From NCBI RefSeq assembly GCF_009914755.1, contig NC_060942.1: 64,000 nucleotides of DNA. One strand, written 5' to 3'. The notes beneath the pieces are model-generated. The model did not search any database, was not told the origin of the DNA, and worked only from the letters and a program-made list of their open reading frames with translations. Within the stretch, counting starts at the first letter, position 1; each line of letters begins with the position of its first letter. Source of the stretch: the human T2T-CHM13v2.0 reference genome, Homo sapiens. Below, one piece after another: positions 60,691 through 64,000 of the stretch. Position numbers and translations under genes: made by a program.

Positions 60691-61869
60691 TACGAGTCAG
60701 CATTTTTAAAAGGCAGCCAAGATTGAGAGCATTGGCTGTGTCACCTTGGGGTCTGAGCATGTCCTTTTCTCCCACCTTGCTGAGCTGCCCAAGGGTAAGG
60801 TCCAGCTGTGGGCAGTGCTCAGCACCGAGCCCAGGCCTGCACAATGTCAGGGCTCATCAAACCTATGCTGAGCAACTGCACCCTCGCCTTGAAACCTAAA
60901 CAATCCCTGGTGGGACACAGGCACGGGTTTTGCTTTTTTGTGTGTGAGGTAAGAGTCATATGTGTGTCATCCTCTGATTTGGGCAACCCAAGAACATGAG
61001 TGCCAAAGAAAATAATCCACCCCCACTACCCCTAACATCCCAAGGGAGGAACAGGCTATGGTATCCATTATCTCCTGCTTTTAATTAAGGAGCCGTCAGC
61101 CAGATTCTTTTGTGTGACTGAGTCCCAAGCCTTGTACATGGCACACTTTCAATTATTTATCTAAACAAAGGTGAGCCAGAGGGCAGCATTAAACACTCGC
61201 CTGGTAAACTTGAGCCCAACTCTGAGCCCTTGGAATTCTCAAGCTAACATGTTTTGGCTTTGTGGATCTAATTTCCTCCCCCTCCCCCCGCAAAAAAAAA
61301 GGCACAGCAGATACAAAGTCATAAATTCCATTGCAGAAAGGCAAAGCATGTCAGAGCGGAGCTTTAAGAGCGCTGTGCTTGTCGACTGATGGTGATTCTG
61401 TTGCTAGGCCACTTAAATCAAACAGTCCTCACTCACTGGCAAGGAGGGAGGCCTGCTGCAACCCTTCTAGTTTTGCAGTCTCTCCTATCAAAGGATGCAT
61501 ACGTTCTAGATCACTAACGCATAATAAATCCCCTTACAAAGGAACAGTGACCAACAAACGGCAATCCACGATCATGGCCAGAGGAAAGGCTGTCTCCTAT
61601 ACAAAGACAGGCTTCCTGGCATGCAATCAGACAAATGTGCTCAACTGTTTTTCTTCTTCCTGGGGGTGGGCCTGTGCCTGTTCCCTCAAAGGACAGGCCT
61701 GTGATGCAGATGTGACACAGCCCACTGTGACATGAGGACAGCTGGAGGCCAGGGAGTGAGCAATGAAAACTGTTCATGTGGAAATCCAGTCCCCATTCCC
61801 TAGCCATTAAGTGTCTTAGGCAGCGAGCTAGAAATCTGGGGACAGTTCCGCTGGACATCAGGATACCTG

Positions 61870-62090
61870 GGTGTAACAGCAGCTACCATTTACGTAGTGC
61901 ATGTTATGGAGCCGATCAACCTGCCGAGTGCTCTGAACTGTGGTATCACAGAGAGGCATTATGCTACTTTACAGACCAGGAAACTGAGGTTTAGAGAGGT
62001 TAGGCAACATGGCCTGGTCACACAACCTGTAAGTGACAGGGTTGAAATTGGAGGCCAGATCTGCCTTACTCCAAGCCTGGGTTCCTAATT
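61870..62090 (-). mobile_element. MIR
   Basis: tttacagaccaggaaactgaggtttagagaggtt core. Confidence 0.7.
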
Positions 62091-62399
62091 ATGCTATATG
62101 TACAACCTCTTTAGTCCCAGGACTGACACTTGGAAATGTTTCCAGTCTGCCTCCCTTCTCCATCCCTGCTACAACCTACCTTCGTTCAGACCTCTAAATG
62201 GCTCATCCTCACCATTTTTATGGCTTCCTAATTTACTTTTCTGCCTCCAATCTTGTTTCCTATTCCATCAAGTGCAGATATTTAAAATATATATGTATTT
62301 TCTATCCTATTAATATAATTTCTTGGCTCCCATCACCTCTAAGTCAAGTTCAAATTCTTTTGCAAAGTACTACAGGCCCCACTTCACTTCTTCAGGACT

Positions 62400-62690
62400 T
62401 TATCTTCCCATCATGACCCAGTCACATACCAAATGTCTACATGTTCCTGGACAGGCCCTCATCTTCACACCTTACTCTCCACCTATGGGTACAACTCAGA
62501 AGATCCCTTTGTAAGACATTGCTGTCTCCTCCTTTAGCCCATTTGTTTACGTGTTTGTCTTTCCATCCCGGCTGTGAACTCCTAGAAGGCAGGAGGCTTG
62601 CCTTGTTCATCTTTATCATTTCCCCAGGATCTGGCCGAAAGTGAGTGCTGAATGTGTTAATCGCCAACTCACTCACTGCCTGAGTGAACA
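62400..62690 (+). mobile_element. L2 3' end
   Basis: ctgtgaactcctagaaggcagg ... gtgctgaatgtgtt. Confidence 0.6.
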
Positions 62691-64000
62691 GAATCTCAAA
62701 ACTGGAGGAAAAAACGATCAAACATCATTGAGTTTTTGACAACTAAATATACATACATAGGGTCTCTGTGTAAGTCATCTCATCTTCACAATCTCCATGC
62801 TATAGCTTTATATCTTCTATTAATCTTTGTGATAATCCCCAAGAAAATAGATTTTTTAAATTACACTCTAGCTATACACATTTTCTTGACATTGTAATCT
62901 AGGTTTATTCCACCCAAAAGTATTTTCCTCAGTAAAGATTTACTATTATTGTTAGTAGTATCTGATCCTAGAATGTCTTCCTTTTTTTTTTTTTTTAAAG
63001 CCCAGATGCAATTTTCTTGAGTAACTGAAAATTCTGGTTGACCACAAGTGTCCTTATTTGTTTAATTTAAGAGCTTGTGCCTATATTTATACACATCCTG
63101 GATTTAGGATAGATGCTAAATCCACTGACAGTGTCTTTGTGAGAGACAGAAAAGGACACGGAAAAGGCTGAGAAATAAAGACGGGGGCAGAGATCGGACC
63201 AATGCACCTATAAATAAGTGACCAACAAATTAAAGTGGATGTGCCTTAGAAGTCCTAGACAGTACATTTTGCATGGCAAATGCTCTCATGTTAACCTGCT
63301 GGAGTCTGCGATGTCCTCCTGCCTCCACATGTGAAATGAAACTTATCTAAATTCTGCCCACCCTTCAGATTTTATATTGATTTCCTCCTCCTCTTTGATG
63401 CCTTCTCTGGCTCTCTAAGCCAAGCACACAGCGACCTCCTCTCCCCCTGAACTTCCATGGCATTTGCTTTCTGTGCCATTTGGCCTCATGAAGGTCACAG
63501 GTAGCAAATCACAGCAGAGAGGACACTGCCATGGGAGGCAAAAAAACCCCAAGAGTCCAAACCTGGGCCATACCCCTGCCATCACACAAATGCATCATGG
63601 GGCCCTGGGTGGTGGATTCACTTCTCTGCACCCTTGCTTCCTTACTGCAAAGTGAGGGAGTTAGACTACTTGGATTTCATGGCCTCTAAGCTTCCAACTC
63701 TAAAATTTGATAAAAATGATAAATATCTTGATAACATTTGAAAGCTCCCCAGTGGGGTGGAGGGAGGAGTGGAAAAGTATAGAACTTTGGGCCACATTCA
63801 AACCATTTATAGTTGAAAACAGTGACTACTGTGTTCCTCTTCCTTTGCCAAAGGACCACATGATGGCATCCTCAAACTTAACATGAAACCAAGAGATACC
63901 CCAGCAGGACCAGGGACGCCATCCTTGAGCCTGAGGCCACAGGCTTATTAACTAACCTGTGAAATGTTCATCATGATAAAGTTGGGTGATTGCAATTGTA

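Noticed and set aside
58600-61200. Scattered AP-1 (TGAGTCA) and CRE half-site motifs suggesting an enhancer
   Set aside because: Short motifs at roughly chance frequency; needs chromatin data.

Overview
Primate, most likely human, genomic DNA from inside the CCBE1 gene (collagen and calcium-binding EGF domains 1, a lymphangiogenesis/VEGF-C processing factor), transcribed on the minus strand. Five coding exons can be reconstructed, all with GT-AG borders and consistent phases: 38744-38796, 27268-27402, 24532-24684, 12619-12719 and 5756-5876 (exons 3-7 in the numbering I recall). They encode the end of the N-terminal Cys-rich region, two EGF modules, a linker and the start of the collagen repeat. 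The rest is intron, dense in Alu, L1, L2, MIR, MaLR/ERV-L LTR and DNA-transposon relics; almost all other ORFs in the track are spurious. Most notable: (1) a ~1 kb, 28-unit, ~38-bp minisatellite in intron 3 whose transcribed strand is G-rich and carries about 20 perfect AAG|GTGAGT 5' splice-site motifs; (2) an inverted pair of THE1-type LTRs closely bracketing the in-frame exon 4+5 block, a circRNA/skipping candidate; (3) a ~57-bp non-Alu inverted repeat tied to a 48-bp tandem unit at the window start; (4) a deleted ERV-L provirus with a dead dUTPase; (5) a twin-primed L1PA; (6) an 80-bp direct repeat of unique DNA. Repeat family names are recognised by eye and repeat boundaries are approximate (about +/-10-20 bp). 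All functional proposals are hypotheses.
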